NCBI GenBank assembly: GCA_041697335.1
Contig: JBGUGD010000030.1
Coordinates: 32,001-96,000, forward strand
DNA: 64,000 bases
From: Vampirovibrionaceae bacterium NZW_1234
GTDB taxonomy: Bacteria; Cyanobacteriota; Vampirovibrionia; Vampirovibrionales; JAGQHJ01
Direction of reading: 5' to 3'
The notes beneath the pieces were generated by a model. The model was not told the origin of the DNA. It saw only the letters and a program-made list of their open reading frames with translations, and searched no databases. The position numbers and the translations under genes were made by a program. This document shows positions 9,364 to 20,092 of this stretch, one piece after another. Each line of letters begins with the position of its first letter. Positions within the stretch are counted from its first letter, which is position 1.

Positions 9364-10494
9364 TTATGGGGTTGGCGTCACGATGACCGGTGCAGCATCC
9401 AGGAATTCTTGATAACGCTCGGCATAGGCTTTACGGGCTTCGGATTGTTTTTCGCCATAGAGAAACGACAGCAGTACAAAGCGCACGCCTTGCGTCACCG
9501 GCATGGCTTCATGCAGTAACGAACATGAAAAAATGACTGCGCTGCCTGTCTCAGGTTTATACAGATAGGGGCCATACTCCGGGAAGCGCAAATGCCCGCC
9601 TTCATACTCCTCGGCGTTTAAATTCAGTGTCATTGCCCACACCCGATGTGCGGTGCTACTGACAGTGTTATCCCGGTGGGCTTTAAAATGGCCTCCTCGT
9701 GAGCCGTCATAACAGGCTATTTTGTATTCCTCCCGGCGCGAGGCATCGAAGTGAAAGCATTTGAGGATTTCCGGATAAACCCGTCGCCGGATAAACCCGT
9801 CAATCTGTGTAAGCAGTTCCGGATCTCGGACAAAATGATCCCGACGAATCTTGTTATTGTAATTAATGACGCCAATGGGTTCGCCTTGATCACCTTGCTT
9901 CATAAAGCCCGAATCTTCATTGCCCTGAGTGTGCCAAACGCTGATGAGCTTTTGGCAGAAGTCCCGACTCAAGACATTGGGAATCATCAGAACAGGGGCA
10001 TGCATGGGCATGGGAATATAGGGTTGGGGTGGGCAAAGGGTTTGAATATCCTGAATTAGTATTTTTTGAAAGGTATCAAGATTGCTGATGGCCTCGTAGA
10101 TAGCCAGGATACGTAAATTACTGTCCAGTAAGAAAGCTGTTCGGACATAATTTAAGGACTCATCCGGATTCTCTTGGCAGACGCCGTAGCGTTTGCTGAC
10201 CTGACCCGACGGGTCAGACAGGAGGGTAAAGGGCAGATCGGAGGTGGCGTTAAAAGCCGCCCTGTCTTCAGGAGTATCTAAGCTTATGCTGAAGATTTGA
10301 ACGTGTAAGCGAGTGAGTTCCGGGCTGAGTGACTTCAAGCTTAATGCAATATCCTGACAGGAGGTTAATTTGTCTTGGGCATAGAAGCAGAGAAGTGTTG
10401 GGGTACCGGCTTTATCTGATAATTTCAGGGTATGGCGGTCCTGGGTAATAGCGGTAAAATCAGGTGCCGGATCACCCATGGTCAGTTTCAGCAT
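9364..10494 (-). CDS. AhpC/TSA (BCP-like) redoxin domain fused to a 2OG-Fe(II) oxygenase
   Basis: N-half GDPAPDF...FY...C...LLSD...RTAFLLD; C-half HRD...EGG.L.FPE...H.A.PV..G.R. Start uncertain (10515/10494). Confidence 0.88.
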   Translation of the reverse strand: MLKLTMGDPAPDFTAITQDRHTLKLSDKAGTPTLLCFYAQDKLTSCQDIALSLKSLSPELTRLHVQIFSISLDTPEDRAAFNATSDLPFTLLSDPSGQVSKRYGVCQENPDESLNYVRTAFLLDSNLRILAIYEAISNLDTFQKILIQDIQTLCPPQPYIPMPMHAPVLMIPNVLSRDFCQKLISVWHTQGNEDSGFMKQGDQGEPIGVINYNNKIRRDHFVRDPELLTQIDGFIRRRVYPEILKCFHFDASRREEYKIACYDGSRGGHFKAHRDNTVSSTAHRVWAMTLNLNAEEYEGGHLRFPEYGPYLYKPETGSAVIFSCSLLHEAMPVTQGVRFVLLSFLYGEKQSEARKAYAERYQEFLDAAPVIVTPTP

Positions 10495-10613
10495 GATGAC
10501 ACTCCTGTCGCTCAAGGTCCCTTACTGTCATCATACACCGGTGCCGGATGACACAGGGTCCTGTTCCCGGAGGATTCCTGGTACCTGTCAAAGAGGAGGA
10601 CAGGGTATTGGGG

Positions 10614-11429
10614 TTAACAGATACTGGGGGTGTGGGCCGGAAGGACCGTTTCGATGGTAATCGTTCGTATGGGTTTGGCTTGGATTTCGTGTAAAGGTAG
10701 GCTTTGAATGGCTTGGCTGAACTGGGCGGCTTGGCCCGTGACCCATAATTCCTGAGAGCCTGTTCCCAGATTGAGTTGCGTTAAGATGGGAATCGCGACC
10801 TCAGCCAAGACTTCAGCGGAATCAACCAGCTCGACATCCGGCCCGACCAGAGCCTGAACGCGCTCTCGAATCAGGCTATAGTGGGTGCATCCCAAGATTA
10901 TAACTTCTGCTCCCCAGTCTTTCAGTACATTTACGTAGGGAATCAAAAGGGAATCCAAGTCAGGTCCGTCACAATGGCCTGCTTCAACAACAGAGGCCAA
11001 GCCGGTACAGGCGACCTGTTCGATGCGCCTATCCGGTGTTAAATACCTGAGATAGCGTCCACCTGTCACGGTACCGGGTGTGGCCATGATGCCCAGCTTT
11101 TTTGCCGAATCAACATGCTGGTTCACCCAATGGGCAGTGGTGCTGACGGGTTCGAGCATGGGATAGGGACGCTGCAGGGCATCTAACTCATCAAAAGCAG
11201 CCACTGTGGCTGTATTGCAGGCTAAAACAAAGGCGGCCAGCGTATAATTCGTCTCCAGCCATTGATGTACATCCAGCACCCGATGACGCACAACCTCCAG
11301 TGCCTTTTCGCCATAAGGCATCCAGGCGGTGTCCCCCAGAAACACCACGGGTGTGTCCGGCAATTGTTGTATCAATCGCTTTAATACAGCCAATCCGCCG
11401 ACCCCCGAGTCCATACAGGCTAGGGTCAT
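10614..11429 (-). CDS. murI: Glutamate racemase
   Basis: DSGVGG, PYG, ACNTA, ILGCTHY. Confidence 0.96.
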   Translation of the reverse strand: MTLACMDSGVGGLAVLKRLIQQLPDTPVVFLGDTAWMPYGEKALEVVRHRVLDVHQWLETNYTLAAFVLACNTATVAAFDELDALQRPYPMLEPVSTTAHWVNQHVDSAKKLGIMATPGTVTGGRYLRYLTPDRRIEQVACTGLASVVEAGHCDGPDLDSLLIPYVNVLKDWGAEVIILGCTHYSLIRERVQALVGPDVELVDSAEVLAEVAIPILTQLNLGTGSQELWVTGQAAQFSQAIQSLPLHEIQAKPIRTITIETVLPAHTPSIC

Positions 11430-11519
11430 CGGGGTCTTTGCATGAAAGGGTGCTTGCGGGTTCAGGGGTGTGTCCTCAGGCTATGACAGGTGTTTATAAC
11501 CGCTGTGTGGGCTTGGACC

Positions 11520-13526
11520 TTAGGGGGCTTGGGCCGTGTAGCGACTTCCTAAGAATTCTACCACACCCTGGGCAATGGCTTCAGCCGTTGCGCGTTGACG
11601 TTGTTCCGTCTGCAACTCGGCACGCTCGGCCGGATTGGAAATGTAACCCATTTCACAGAGGATTGCGGGGACGGCGGTATGGTGAATAACGTAGAATTTG
11701 GCGGTTCGGACACCTCGGTCGGGAGCAGAGACCCGATTGATGAGCTTATTATGGACCTTAAACGCCAATCCGCGGCTCTGAGGAGTGTAATAATACGTTT
11801 CTAAACCGTCAATGGCAGAATTGACGCTGGCATTGGTATGCACGCTGACAAAGGCATCCGGTTGAACCCGGTTGGTAATGCCGGTAATTTGTGACAATTC
11901 CAAAAACATGTCGCTGGAGCGAGTCATAATGACCCGAACGCCTTTGGCTTCCAAGGCTTGCTTCAGTTTTAAGGCAACCGAGAGGTTCAAATTTTTCTCA
12001 TACACCCCAACCCGGTTGGCCCCAATGTCTTTTCCACCATGGCCTGCATCCACGACAACGGTAAATCCGCCGCGCTTACCGCTGGGCAAGGAAATTGGCA
12101 GGGTGGCTAATGCTGTATCTGTGCTATCCCCGCTGATCAATTCCGGAAGCTTGCCATTTGCCTGGTTCCATCGCTGGGGTTGTTTCAATGACAGCTCTAA
12201 TACGCGACCATCTGTGCTCAGGCGGCTGTCCATGTTGACCTGACTGTCTTCCAAGGTCACGATGAGTTTGGTGTTGGGTTCACCGGCACTTAAGGGGCTT
12301 AAGCGAACCTCCTTGATTTCGGGAAACTCATCCTTATCAAACATAACGGCGGTGGGCTGAGCGGCAATGTTGACCAGATCGATTTCGATTTGATTGCCTC
12401 GGCGAATGAGACGCCGCACCATGGGCTGAGTGGTGCTGACTTTGATGGTGCTGTTATTGTCCTGGCGCAGGAAGTTGATGTCCTGAATGCTGCCAATTTC
12501 CTGATTTTCAGCGGGCAGGGTGCGAATAGAGGGGTTAATGTGGGACGCCAGAATCAGTTGGCTTTTATCCGAGCCGGGATAGGAAATATACAAGCCTCGG
12601 GGACTTGGAGTTTCCACCACCACGCGGACGGTGTCTTCATCAAATTGGCCGACCCGGATGCTGCGAATGGGATCGCCTGGGGCAATGTCGAGGGGCACAC
12701 TCATGCGTTTGTCGCTGAGGGTCGTATGGGCCAGATCGAAGACTAAACGCTTGGGGCTGGAAAGGGTAAACTGATTCTTGACCACCAGACTGCTGCCCGG
12801 GCTGCCGACGAGTTTTAAAATGCCATTTTCATACTGGGCCGATTGCAGGGTGTTGGTAGTTGTTACGGAGTTGACGGGTTGAGCTGACGGGGGGGGAGGG
12901 CCGTCCAGGAAACTAAAGCCGCCTTTTCTGGTTTTGGCCGGTGTCGGCAACACGGCCAACGGCTCGGTTACGGGCTTGCCGGTTAAGGATACAGTCAAGG
13001 TGTTGTTGTTGATCTGGACTTGAGCGGGTGCAATGACGTTGCTGTTGTCGGCATAGACCGTCATGCGGACCACCTGGTAAAAGGTTCCTATGGATTGTGC
13101 AAGTTCAATGCGTTCGATGCCGTTTTTATTGATGGGTTGTGAGCGGGTTGGGGTTTGTAACAAGGCATTGGGAATATCGACAATGTAGCGATCAGGATGC
13201 GTGAGGCGGATAATGCTATAGTCTGTCTTATAGTGACTACCGGCTTGAGCGCTCAGGGTGATGGCTTGCTGTTCGGCATCATAACTCACCGACTGAATGC
13301 GCAAGACATCCGCTGAGGGTTGGCGTGCGTCTGCCTGGCTCCAAAAGAGGGTGACGACTGCTATGGTAACCAAGACCAGCGAAAACCAGTGGCTTAGGTT
13401 CACTTGATGAAAGAATGAACGATTTATCACGCTGATGATCCCTATCTCTCTTTTGTTCCACATCTCAGTATCGGCAAAACACACCAATCTTGAATGCATC
13501 CCCCTGCGGTTGAGACGTGTCCCCAC
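11520..13526 (-). CDS. N-acetylmuramoyl-L-alanine amidase (Amidase_3) with AMIN domains
   Basis: C-terminal VVVDAGHGGKD...EK...SVHTN...PAILCEMGY; AMIN-like segments (PDRYIVDI, IRVGQFDEDTVRVVVE); signal-like hydrophobic stretch. True start probably downstream of 13526. Confidence 0.92.
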   Translation of the reverse strand: MGTRLNRRGMHSRLVCFADTEMWNKREIGIISVINRSFFHQVNLSHWFSLVLVTIAVVTLFWSQADARQPSADVLRIQSVSYDAEQQAITLSAQAGSHYKTDYSIIRLTHPDRYIVDIPNALLQTPTRSQPINKNGIERIELAQSIGTFYQVVRMTVYADNSNVIAPAQVQINNNTLTVSLTGKPVTEPLAVLPTPAKTRKGGFSFLDGPPPPSAQPVNSVTTTNTLQSAQYENGILKLVGSPGSSLVVKNQFTLSSPKRLVFDLAHTTLSDKRMSVPLDIAPGDPIRSIRVGQFDEDTVRVVVETPSPRGLYISYPGSDKSQLILASHINPSIRTLPAENQEIGSIQDINFLRQDNNSTIKVSTTQPMVRRLIRRGNQIEIDLVNIAAQPTAVMFDKDEFPEIKEVRLSPLSAGEPNTKLIVTLEDSQVNMDSRLSTDGRVLELSLKQPQRWNQANGKLPELISGDSTDTALATLPISLPSGKRGGFTVVVDAGHGGKDIGANRVGVYEKNLNLSVALKLKQALEAKGVRVIMTRSSDMFLELSQITGITNRVQPDAFVSVHTNASVNSAIDGLETYYYTPQSRGLAFKVHNKLINRVSAPDRGVRTAKFYVIHHTAVPAILCEMGYISNPAERAELQTEQRQRATAEAIAQGVVEFLGSRYTAQAP

Positions 13527-13601
13527 GACCAGCCTAGCGGCATGCCTCTAGATCCATTATACCCTACCGACTGCTTATCCTCAGAAATGTTCCGTAAAAC
13601 A

Positions 13602-14798
13602 TCAACTGATTATTGTACTGCCGTGATAGGCCCCTTTCAGGCGCTGCTTCAACGCGTTGGGGTTATTTGAGACTTTTAGGGCTTCTTCCAGGGTAACGTG
13701 GCCCAGACTGAAGAGCTGGTGTAGAGCAAAATTCATGGTTTGCATGCCCTCAAAACGGCCATCATCCATCAGAGCCACAATTTCATCCAGCTCGTTTCGT
13801 AACAGGTAATCGCGAACGGTCGAAGTAACCACCAGAATTTCGGATACAGCAGACAGGCCCTTGCCGTCGGCCCGATGATAAAGCCGTTGGGACATGGCTC
13901 CGCGTAAAACGTTGGTCAACTGCAAGCGAATGGCTTCGCGCTCATGGGGTTCGAAAAAGTCAATAATACGATTGATTGTTTGAATGGTATCCGAGGTATG
14001 CAAGGTGGAAAAAACCAAAACCCCGGTTTCGGCAGCTTTAATAGCACTCATGGCCGTTTCCCGGTCCCGAAGTTCTCCAATGAGTAGCACGTCCACGTCC
14101 TGGCGCAAGGCATACTTAATACCATCGGGAAAGCTCGGGGTATCAATGCCCAACTGGCGCTGGGTAATCATCGAGCGTTTGTTCTCGTACAAAAACTCCA
14201 CCGGATCTTCCAGGGTGACAATGTGCTTGGCCTGGGTCTTGTTGATGTGGTCTAATAAGGCGGCCAGGGTCGTGGATTTACCGGTTCCGGAGGCACCGGA
14301 CAATAAAACCAGGCCGTGGTCAAAATTTGTAAAGTTTAACAGGCTTTTGGGCAGCCCGAGGTCTTCAAGATTTGGGATGGTCGCTGGGATAACTCGGATG
14401 ACGAAGGCCATTTGCCCCATTTCATACAGCATATTGACCCGGAACCGGGCTTGGCGAAAGGGGATGGAAAAATCGAAGTCGTGGCGCTTGGCAATGAGGG
14501 GCTTCAAATTATCCGGGACCAGAAATTGCGCAAAGCGCTGCATGGCCTTGGGGGTTAACGCGGGCAGCCGAGTGGCCACAATCTGGTTATTCCGACGGAA
14601 AGTGGGTGGCTGGTCAATACGCAAGTGGATGTCTGACACCCGTTGAGCAATGGCCATGGTGAAGAAGCTGTCTAAGTCGATGTCTTCAGCTGATTTTGGC
14701 AGCAGAGCCCGATCAGGCAGAACAAATTCTTCGTTTAAAGGACCAATCGGGACTGTAGGGCGCCGACGGGCTTCAGGTGAATCAGACGATGCACTCAT
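13602..14798 (-). CDS. pilT: Type IV pilus retraction ATPase (PilT/PilU family)
   Basis: [51 protein letters not shown] 14798 overlaps the serS 3' end. Confidence 0.9.
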   Translation of the reverse strand: MSASSDSPEARRRPTVPIGPLNEEFVLPDRALLPKSAEDIDLDSFFTMAIAQRVSDIHLRIDQPPTFRRNNQIVATRLPALTPKAMQRFAQFLVPDNLKPLIAKRHDFDFSIPFRQARFRVNMLYEMGQMAFVIRVIPATIPNLEDLGLPKSLLNFTNFDHGLVLLSGASGTGKSTTLAALLDHINKTQAKHIVTLEDPVEFLYENKRSMITQRQLGIDTPSFPDGIKYALRQDVDVLLIGELRDRETAMSAIKAAETGVLVFSTLHTSDTIQTINRIIDFFEPHEREAIRLQLTNVLRGAMSQRLYHRADGKGLSAVSEILVVTSTVRDYLLRNELDEIVALMDDGRFEGMQTMNFALHQLFSLGHVTLEEALKVSNNPNALKQRLKGAYHGSTIIS

Positions 14799-16074
14799 GT
14801 AGGGCGAGTTCAGTTTGGTTACCAAAGTAGGGCTGTAACACCTCGGGGATTCTAACGGTGTTTTCGGCAACTTGATAATTTTCTAAAATTGCAGCCAGCG
14901 TCCGACCGACCGCCAGACCCGACCCGTTGAGGGTATGGAGGAACGTGGGGCGTCCGGTGTCTTTGGCACGAAACTTGAGGTTGGCCCGTCGGGCCTGGAA
15001 ATCCAGGAAGTTGCTGCAGCTGGAAATTTCCCGATACACCCCTTGGGCTGGCATCCAGACTTCCAGGTCAAAACAGCGGGCGGCACTAAAGCCCAAATCC
15101 GCAGAACAAAGCTCGATGACCCGGTAAGGAATCTTTAATCCCTGAAGCACAGCTTCAGCGTCTTCAACCAGACTCATATGCTCCTGGGCGCTGGTCTCCG
15201 GGTGAACCAATTTGACTAACTCCACCTTATTAAACTGGTGCTGACGAATCAGTCCACGGGTATCTTTCCCCGCACTGCCTGCTTCTCGACGAAAGCATGG
15301 GGTATAGGCTGTCATATAGATGGGGAGTTGCTCTTCGTCCAAAATTTCATCGCTGTAGAGGTTCGTGACCGGGACCTCGGCGGTTGGCACCAGAAACAGG
15401 GGATCGTCCTTGCATTGAAACATGTCTTGCTCGAACTTCGGCAGCTGGCCGGTGCCGAACATAGCGCTGGGGTTTACCAAAAAGGGAGGAATGACTTCGG
15501 TATAGCCTTTTTGGGTGTGTAATTCCAACATGTAATTGATGAGGGCTCGTTCCAGGCGGGCTCCTTGCCCTACAATGACAGAAAACCGAGATTGTGCCAC
15601 TTTGACGCCGCGCTCAAAGTCCAAAATTCCAAGCTTGGTCCCAACATCCCAGTGATCGGTAACACCGGACCACGGCCGGTCTTTGTATTCATCTCCCCAG
15701 GTCCGGACCACCACGTTGTCCTCTTCGCTGGTACCGGTGGGCGTGTGTTCCGAGGGCATGTTGGGGATAAAGTGAAGCAGTTCCTTTTGCCGAGCCTCAA
15801 TGGTTTCTTTTTCGGTCTCGATGGCTTTGATACGATCGCCAATTAGGCGGGTTTTTTCCTGAAGCTCGTCCGCATTTTGGCCGGTGCGCTTGAGTTCACC
15901 GACTTGCTTGCTTAAGGCATTGCGCTGACTGCGGAGTTCTTCTTCTTCATGCAAGAGTTGGCGCCATTGTTCATCCAGAGCGACAACGTCGTCCACAGAA
16001 AGATCAGGGTTGCGACGTTTCAGGGCTGCATTGACGGCAGCAGCATCGTTACGGATTAAACGAATATCCAACAT
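14782..16074 (-). CDS. serS: Seryl-tRNA synthetase
   Basis: [45 protein letters not shown]. Confidence 0.98.
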   Translation of the reverse strand: MLDIRLIRNDAAAVNAALKRRNPDLSVDDVVALDEQWRQLLHEEEELRSQRNALSKQVGELKRTGQNADELQEKTRLIGDRIKAIETEKETIEARQKELLHFIPNMPSEHTPTGTSEEDNVVVRTWGDEYKDRPWSGVTDHWDVGTKLGILDFERGVKVAQSRFSVIVGQGARLERALINYMLELHTQKGYTEVIPPFLVNPSAMFGTGQLPKFEQDMFQCKDDPLFLVPTAEVPVTNLYSDEILDEEQLPIYMTAYTPCFRREAGSAGKDTRGLIRQHQFNKVELVKLVHPETSAQEHMSLVEDAEAVLQGLKIPYRVIELCSADLGFSAARCFDLEVWMPAQGVYREISSCSNFLDFQARRANLKFRAKDTGRPTFLHTLNGSGLAVGRTLAAILENYQVAENTVRIPEVLQPYFGNQTELALHECIV

Positions 16075-16207
16075 GGCGGCTTTTAGGAACTCCCTACATC
16101 AATCGTCACCGGTGACTGTTTTCTATTATACGGAAATTTGCCCGCCTCGCCTACACTCCCTGCATGACCTATAGAAATGTGAAGGGCTCCTGCTGCCTTT
16201 CGCTTTC

Positions 16208-17530
16208 CTAGGGGGTGGTGTCTACCCCAATCAACCGATTCATTTCCTCTTGGGCTTTGGTCATGGCGTCCTCTGGGCTCAGCCGACCCAGGAGAGCACT
16301 TTGAACATAAAAATCCATCAGTTGGTTCAACCGGTTTTGCATAGGGTGAATCTGTAGCGGGGTGCGTGCTTTGAGAAGTTGTTGCGCACTGATGCGCCGA
16401 GCTTTGGCCATCAGATCCGGTTGTGGGGGGTTCTGAAATTCGGGCGAGTTGAGTGCGGCAATATGGGGTGGCAGGACTGGGGCCAATTGCGACAGTTCTA
16501 AGGTGTTTTGGGCGTTGGTTACGAACAGGGCAAAGTCGACAGCTTCTTTGGGGTGAGCTGTGCGTTTGGGAATGACGAAGAGCATTTCGGAATAGTCCGT
16601 ATAGTGACTCTTTTCCGGAAATTGCGGGGCTACGTCGGTTACAGCATAAATTTGAGGGGCGTTTTCTTTGACGATCTTCAGGAAATTGGGCCCCGTTAAC
16701 AGCAACCCCAAGGTGCCTGACTGGTAGCGGTCTACAGCGCTTTGTTGCTCGGCAGTCACCGACTCGCTTGGAACAGCGCCTTGGCGATACAGGTTGACCC
16801 AGAAGGAGAGTACCTTGTCCGCACCCTTATCGGCAAAAACCAACCGACCATCCGAACCCCAGAGGGGGATATCGCTTTTCAGCAAGGTCCGAAAAAAACG
16901 CCCGCCTTCCGTTAACGATGGCATTATGGCATAGGCCCCCGTTTTTTGGTGAAACGGGTGTGCCATATGGCCCAATGCATCTATGGTTTGAGGGGGCGTG
17001 GTCAGGCCAGCTTGGTGCAAGAGGGTTCGGTTGTAGAGGGTAACCGCCGAGGAAATGTACCAGGGGATGCCAAAGGTTTTCTCATGCAAAGTGGCTGTTT
17101 GCCAGGCGATAGGCAAGTAAGAGGCTTTTGCCTTTGCCGGGACCCATTGATTCATATCCAGTAAGGCGTCACGACTGGCCAGTACTGCTGAAAAATCCGG
17201 GTTGAGGTTGATGATGTCCGGAGTGGTATTACTCAGCATGCTGGTCAGTGCTTTTTTTTCTCCTTCGGAAAAAGGCACGTCGACCCAATGAATCTTGACG
17301 TTGGGGTGTTGATCTTCGTATTCCCGAATAAGCCCTTGGATGTAATCGGCAAAGGGCAGCATCTGAAGGGTCCAGAACTCTAAGGTGATGGTTCGGGTGG
17401 TTTTGTGTTGGCTGTTCTGAGGGCCCTGGGCCGGATGGCAACCGAACAACGGCATGATGACAATGGCTATCAGCATGACAAGACTCGTTACTACTGCTCG
17501 CCACACGAGGCTGAAGGGAGGGTGTGTCAT
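16208..17530 (-). CDS. Carbohydrate ABC transporter substrate-binding lipoprotein
   Basis: Lipobox-like LFGC, EFWT...YEDQHPNVKI, PDII, GIPWY...YN. No permease genes adjacent; start approximate. Confidence 0.85.
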   Translation of the reverse strand: MTHPPFSLVWRAVVTSLVMLIAIVIMPLFGCHPAQGPQNSQHKTTRTITLEFWTLQMLPFADYIQGLIREYEDQHPNVKIHWVDVPFSEGEKKALTSMLSNTTPDIINLNPDFSAVLASRDALLDMNQWVPAKAKASYLPIAWQTATLHEKTFGIPWYISSAVTLYNRTLLHQAGLTTPPQTIDALGHMAHPFHQKTGAYAIMPSLTEGGRFFRTLLKSDIPLWGSDGRLVFADKGADKVLSFWVNLYRQGAVPSESVTAEQQSAVDRYQSGTLGLLLTGPNFLKIVKENAPQIYAVTDVAPQFPEKSHYTDYSEMLFVIPKRTAHPKEAVDFALFVTNAQNTLELSQLAPVLPPHIAALNSPEFQNPPQPDLMAKARRISAQQLLKARTPLQIHPMQNRLNQLMDFYVQSALLGRLSPEDAMTKAQEEMNRLIGVDTTP

Positions 17531-17534
17531 CGCC

Positions 17535-17762
17535 CTAGCAAATCTCAAACTCTTTAAACACGCGCATGATGATAAAGCCATTGGCCGACAGATCCAGCAT
17601 CACCTTGTCCAGGTTGTCGCCTTGGAGGTAAATGCCTTTGGTAGCGCCGGTTTTATAGCCCAGTTCCTCCGGAATCGGCATGACATGGTGGGCAATCTGA
17701 CGCTGGGTCAGGTATTCGGAGGCGTTATCCGTGGTGGGATCGGAAGGCATTACGAGAAACAT
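17535..17762 (-). CDS. Small protein, DUF3343-like
   Basis: 75 aa filling the gap in the minus-strand run, overlapping the tatD stop; VMPIPEEL resembles the DUF3343 motif. Confidence 0.5.
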   Translation of the reverse strand: MFLVMPSDPTTDNASEYLTQRQIAHHVMPIPEELGYKTGATKGIYLQGDNLDKVMLDLSANGFIIMRVFKEFEIC

Positions 17763-18526
17763 GGCTGAAAGACCTTTCGTGCATTTTCGCCGGTAACCTC
17801 AATGACTTCTTCGACGGAGAGTCCCTTTAATTCTGCAATTTTTTCTGCCACCAGTCGAACGCGCGCCGGTTCGTTGGGTTTGCCTCGAAACGGGACGGGG
17901 CTCAAAAAGGGAGAGTCTGTTTCGGTTAAAATCCATTCCAGCGGGGTTTCTTTGGCGGCTTCATGGAGATTATGCGCATTTTTGAAGGTCACATTGCCAG
18001 CAAAACTGATGTAAAACCCTTTTCGGATCATCGCCTGAGCAAAGGCGGCGTCTCCTGAAAAGCAGTGCATCACGCCGCGAACGCCGGGAAATTCATCGAT
18101 TAAACGGGCAATATCCTCATGAGCCTCCCGGTCGTGAACCAGCACCGGTAAATCGTATTCGCGACCCAAGGACAGAAACGTTCGGAAGAACTGGTGCTGT
18201 AAATCCACATGAGTTTTGTCCCAATAATAGTCCAGACCCGTTTCGCCAATGGCAATCACCTTGGGGTGTGTCACCATGGCGCGAATCTGCTCAACCCAGT
18301 CACTCTCGGCGACATCCTGAACATCGGTGGGATGTACGGCGGCGGCGGCAAAAACGTGGGGATAGCGCTCGGCCAACGCGAGCACATCGGCAAACTTATC
18401 CGGCGTCACACTGGGATTGACCACCCAAGAAACACCCACTTCATGGGCGTTTGCCATCACCATGTCCATGTCATGGCCTTCTCGCGCAAGATAATCCAGG
18501 TGTGCATGGGTATCGACGAGGGTCAT
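17750..18526 (-). CDS. tatD: TatD-family metal-dependent nuclease
   Basis: DTHAHL, HP, IGETGLDY, HDREA, HCFSG, ETDSPFL. Confidence 0.95.
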   Translation of the reverse strand: MTLVDTHAHLDYLAREGHDMDMVMANAHEVGVSWVVNPSVTPDKFADVLALAERYPHVFAAAAVHPTDVQDVAESDWVEQIRAMVTHPKVIAIGETGLDYYWDKTHVDLQHQFFRTFLSLGREYDLPVLVHDREAHEDIARLIDEFPGVRGVMHCFSGDAAFAQAMIRKGFYISFAGNVTFKNAHNLHEAAKETPLEWILTETDSPFLSPVPFRGKPNEPARVRLVAEKIAELKGLSVEEVIEVTGENARKVFQPCFS

Positions 18527-18538
18527 GGGCTACGCCTC

Positions 18539-20092
18539 CTATTTCTTTTTGCCAGCACCCACGATTTCGCTTTCCAGGCGAGGTAAGATGGGGCTGCCCA
18601 ACCGGGTATTCTGGCCAACGGGAAGAGGCATGCCAAAGACCCAGCGAAAATCCGCCTTATTCAAGCTCCCCTGGCATCCCAGCTGATCCCAGATCCGTTG
18701 GCTGAGGGTGGGGGTGACCGGGGAAAGCAGCAGCGCTGCCTGGCGTAAGGCTTCTAAGACGCTGTACAAGACATTGGCCAGTTCCTGGAGCTTGCCTTCT
18801 TTGAAGAGGGTCCAGGGTTCGGCATCGTTGATGAGTTTGTTCGCCTTGTCCACCAGCCCCATGGTCAATTGTAAGGCCTCCGGGAACTGGTAAGTGTCAT
18901 AATGGGAGCGAATTTGGGATAAGGTCTCGTTATCCAAGAGGCTGACCATTTCTTTGTCAAACTGGGGAATCTGGCCCTCACAATATTTGTTCAGCATGTT
19001 TAGGGTGCGGTTCAGCAAATTTCCCAGGTTATTGGCCAGATCGGCGTTGATGCGGTTCTTAAAGTCCTCGTCGGTATAGCTGCCATCTTGGCCAAAGCCG
19101 GTACTGGCCATCATGTAATAGCGGATGGGATCCACTGTATCCAATTCAAAGCGTTGGGCCAGGTCCTGAGGGGAAATGACATTGCCGATGCTTTTGCTGA
19201 TCTTGGTCTCTGAAACCGTGATAAAGCCATGGACCAAGAGCGACTTGGGAAGTTCAATGCCAGCTGCCATCAACATGGCGGGCCAATAGATCGCATGAAA
19301 GCGCAGGATGTCTTTCCCGATCACATGAACGTCTGCCGGCCAAAACTGGGTGAAACGGGTTTCGTCCTGGGTGTAGCCGATACCGGTCAGGTAATTGCTC
19401 AAGGCATCGATCCATACATAGATCACCTGCCCTGGATCATTGGGGACCGGAATACCCCATGTTACAGAGTGGGTGGCTCGTGAGACGCTGATGTCTTCCA
19501 ATTCATCCAGCTGATTTAAAACCTCGTTTCGCCGGAAGGTCGGCAAGATCCACTCTGGATTTTTCTCCAGCAAGTCTTTAATGGCGTCTTTATACTTACT
19601 GAGACGGAAGAAATAGTTTTCCTCTTCCACAGGATCGGGCGGGGTCTGGTGGTTGGGACACAGGCCATCAGGAGTCAAATCTCGGGGCGAGGTGAAGGTC
19701 TCACAGCCGGAACAGTACAACCCGGTGTAGGTGGCTTTATAAATATCGCCTTGGGACAAAAGTTTGTTCCAGAGGGCTTCCACCACAGCATAGTGATCTT
19801 TTTCCGTGGTGCGAATGAAGCGATTATAGTCGATGTCAAGATACGCCCAGGTTTCTTTGAACTGTTCGGCCACGCTATCCACATAGGCTTGTGGCGTCAT
19901 GTTATGTTTCACCGCGGTTTTTTGGACCTTAATCCCGTGTTCATCGGTTCCGGTCAGGAAAAACACGTCTTTACCCACAAGCCGTTGAAAGCGGGCAATC
20001 ACATCGGCGCCAATGACTTCGTAGGCATGGCCGATATGTGGAGCGGCGTTGGCGTAATAAATGGCCGTGGTGACATAAAACTTGCGGCTCAT
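18539..20092 (-). CDS. metG: Methionyl-tRNA synthetase (short form)
   Basis: PHIGHAY, GTDEHG, YVWIDAL, GKDILRFH, KISKS. Confidence 0.98.
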   Translation of the reverse strand: MSRKFYVTTAIYYANAAPHIGHAYEVIGADVIARFQRLVGKDVFFLTGTDEHGIKVQKTAVKHNMTPQAYVDSVAEQFKETWAYLDIDYNRFIRTTEKDHYAVVEALWNKLLSQGDIYKATYTGLYCSGCETFTSPRDLTPDGLCPNHQTPPDPVEEENYFFRLSKYKDAIKDLLEKNPEWILPTFRRNEVLNQLDELEDISVSRATHSVTWGIPVPNDPGQVIYVWIDALSNYLTGIGYTQDETRFTQFWPADVHVIGKDILRFHAIYWPAMLMAAGIELPKSLLVHGFITVSETKISKSIGNVISPQDLAQRFELDTVDPIRYYMMASTGFGQDGSYTDEDFKNRINADLANNLGNLLNRTLNMLNKYCEGQIPQFDKEMVSLLDNETLSQIRSHYDTYQFPEALQLTMGLVDKANKLINDAEPWTLFKEGKLQELANVLYSVLEALRQAALLLSPVTPTLSQRIWDQLGCQGSLNKADFRWVFGMPLPVGQNTRLGSPILPRLESEIVGAGKKK

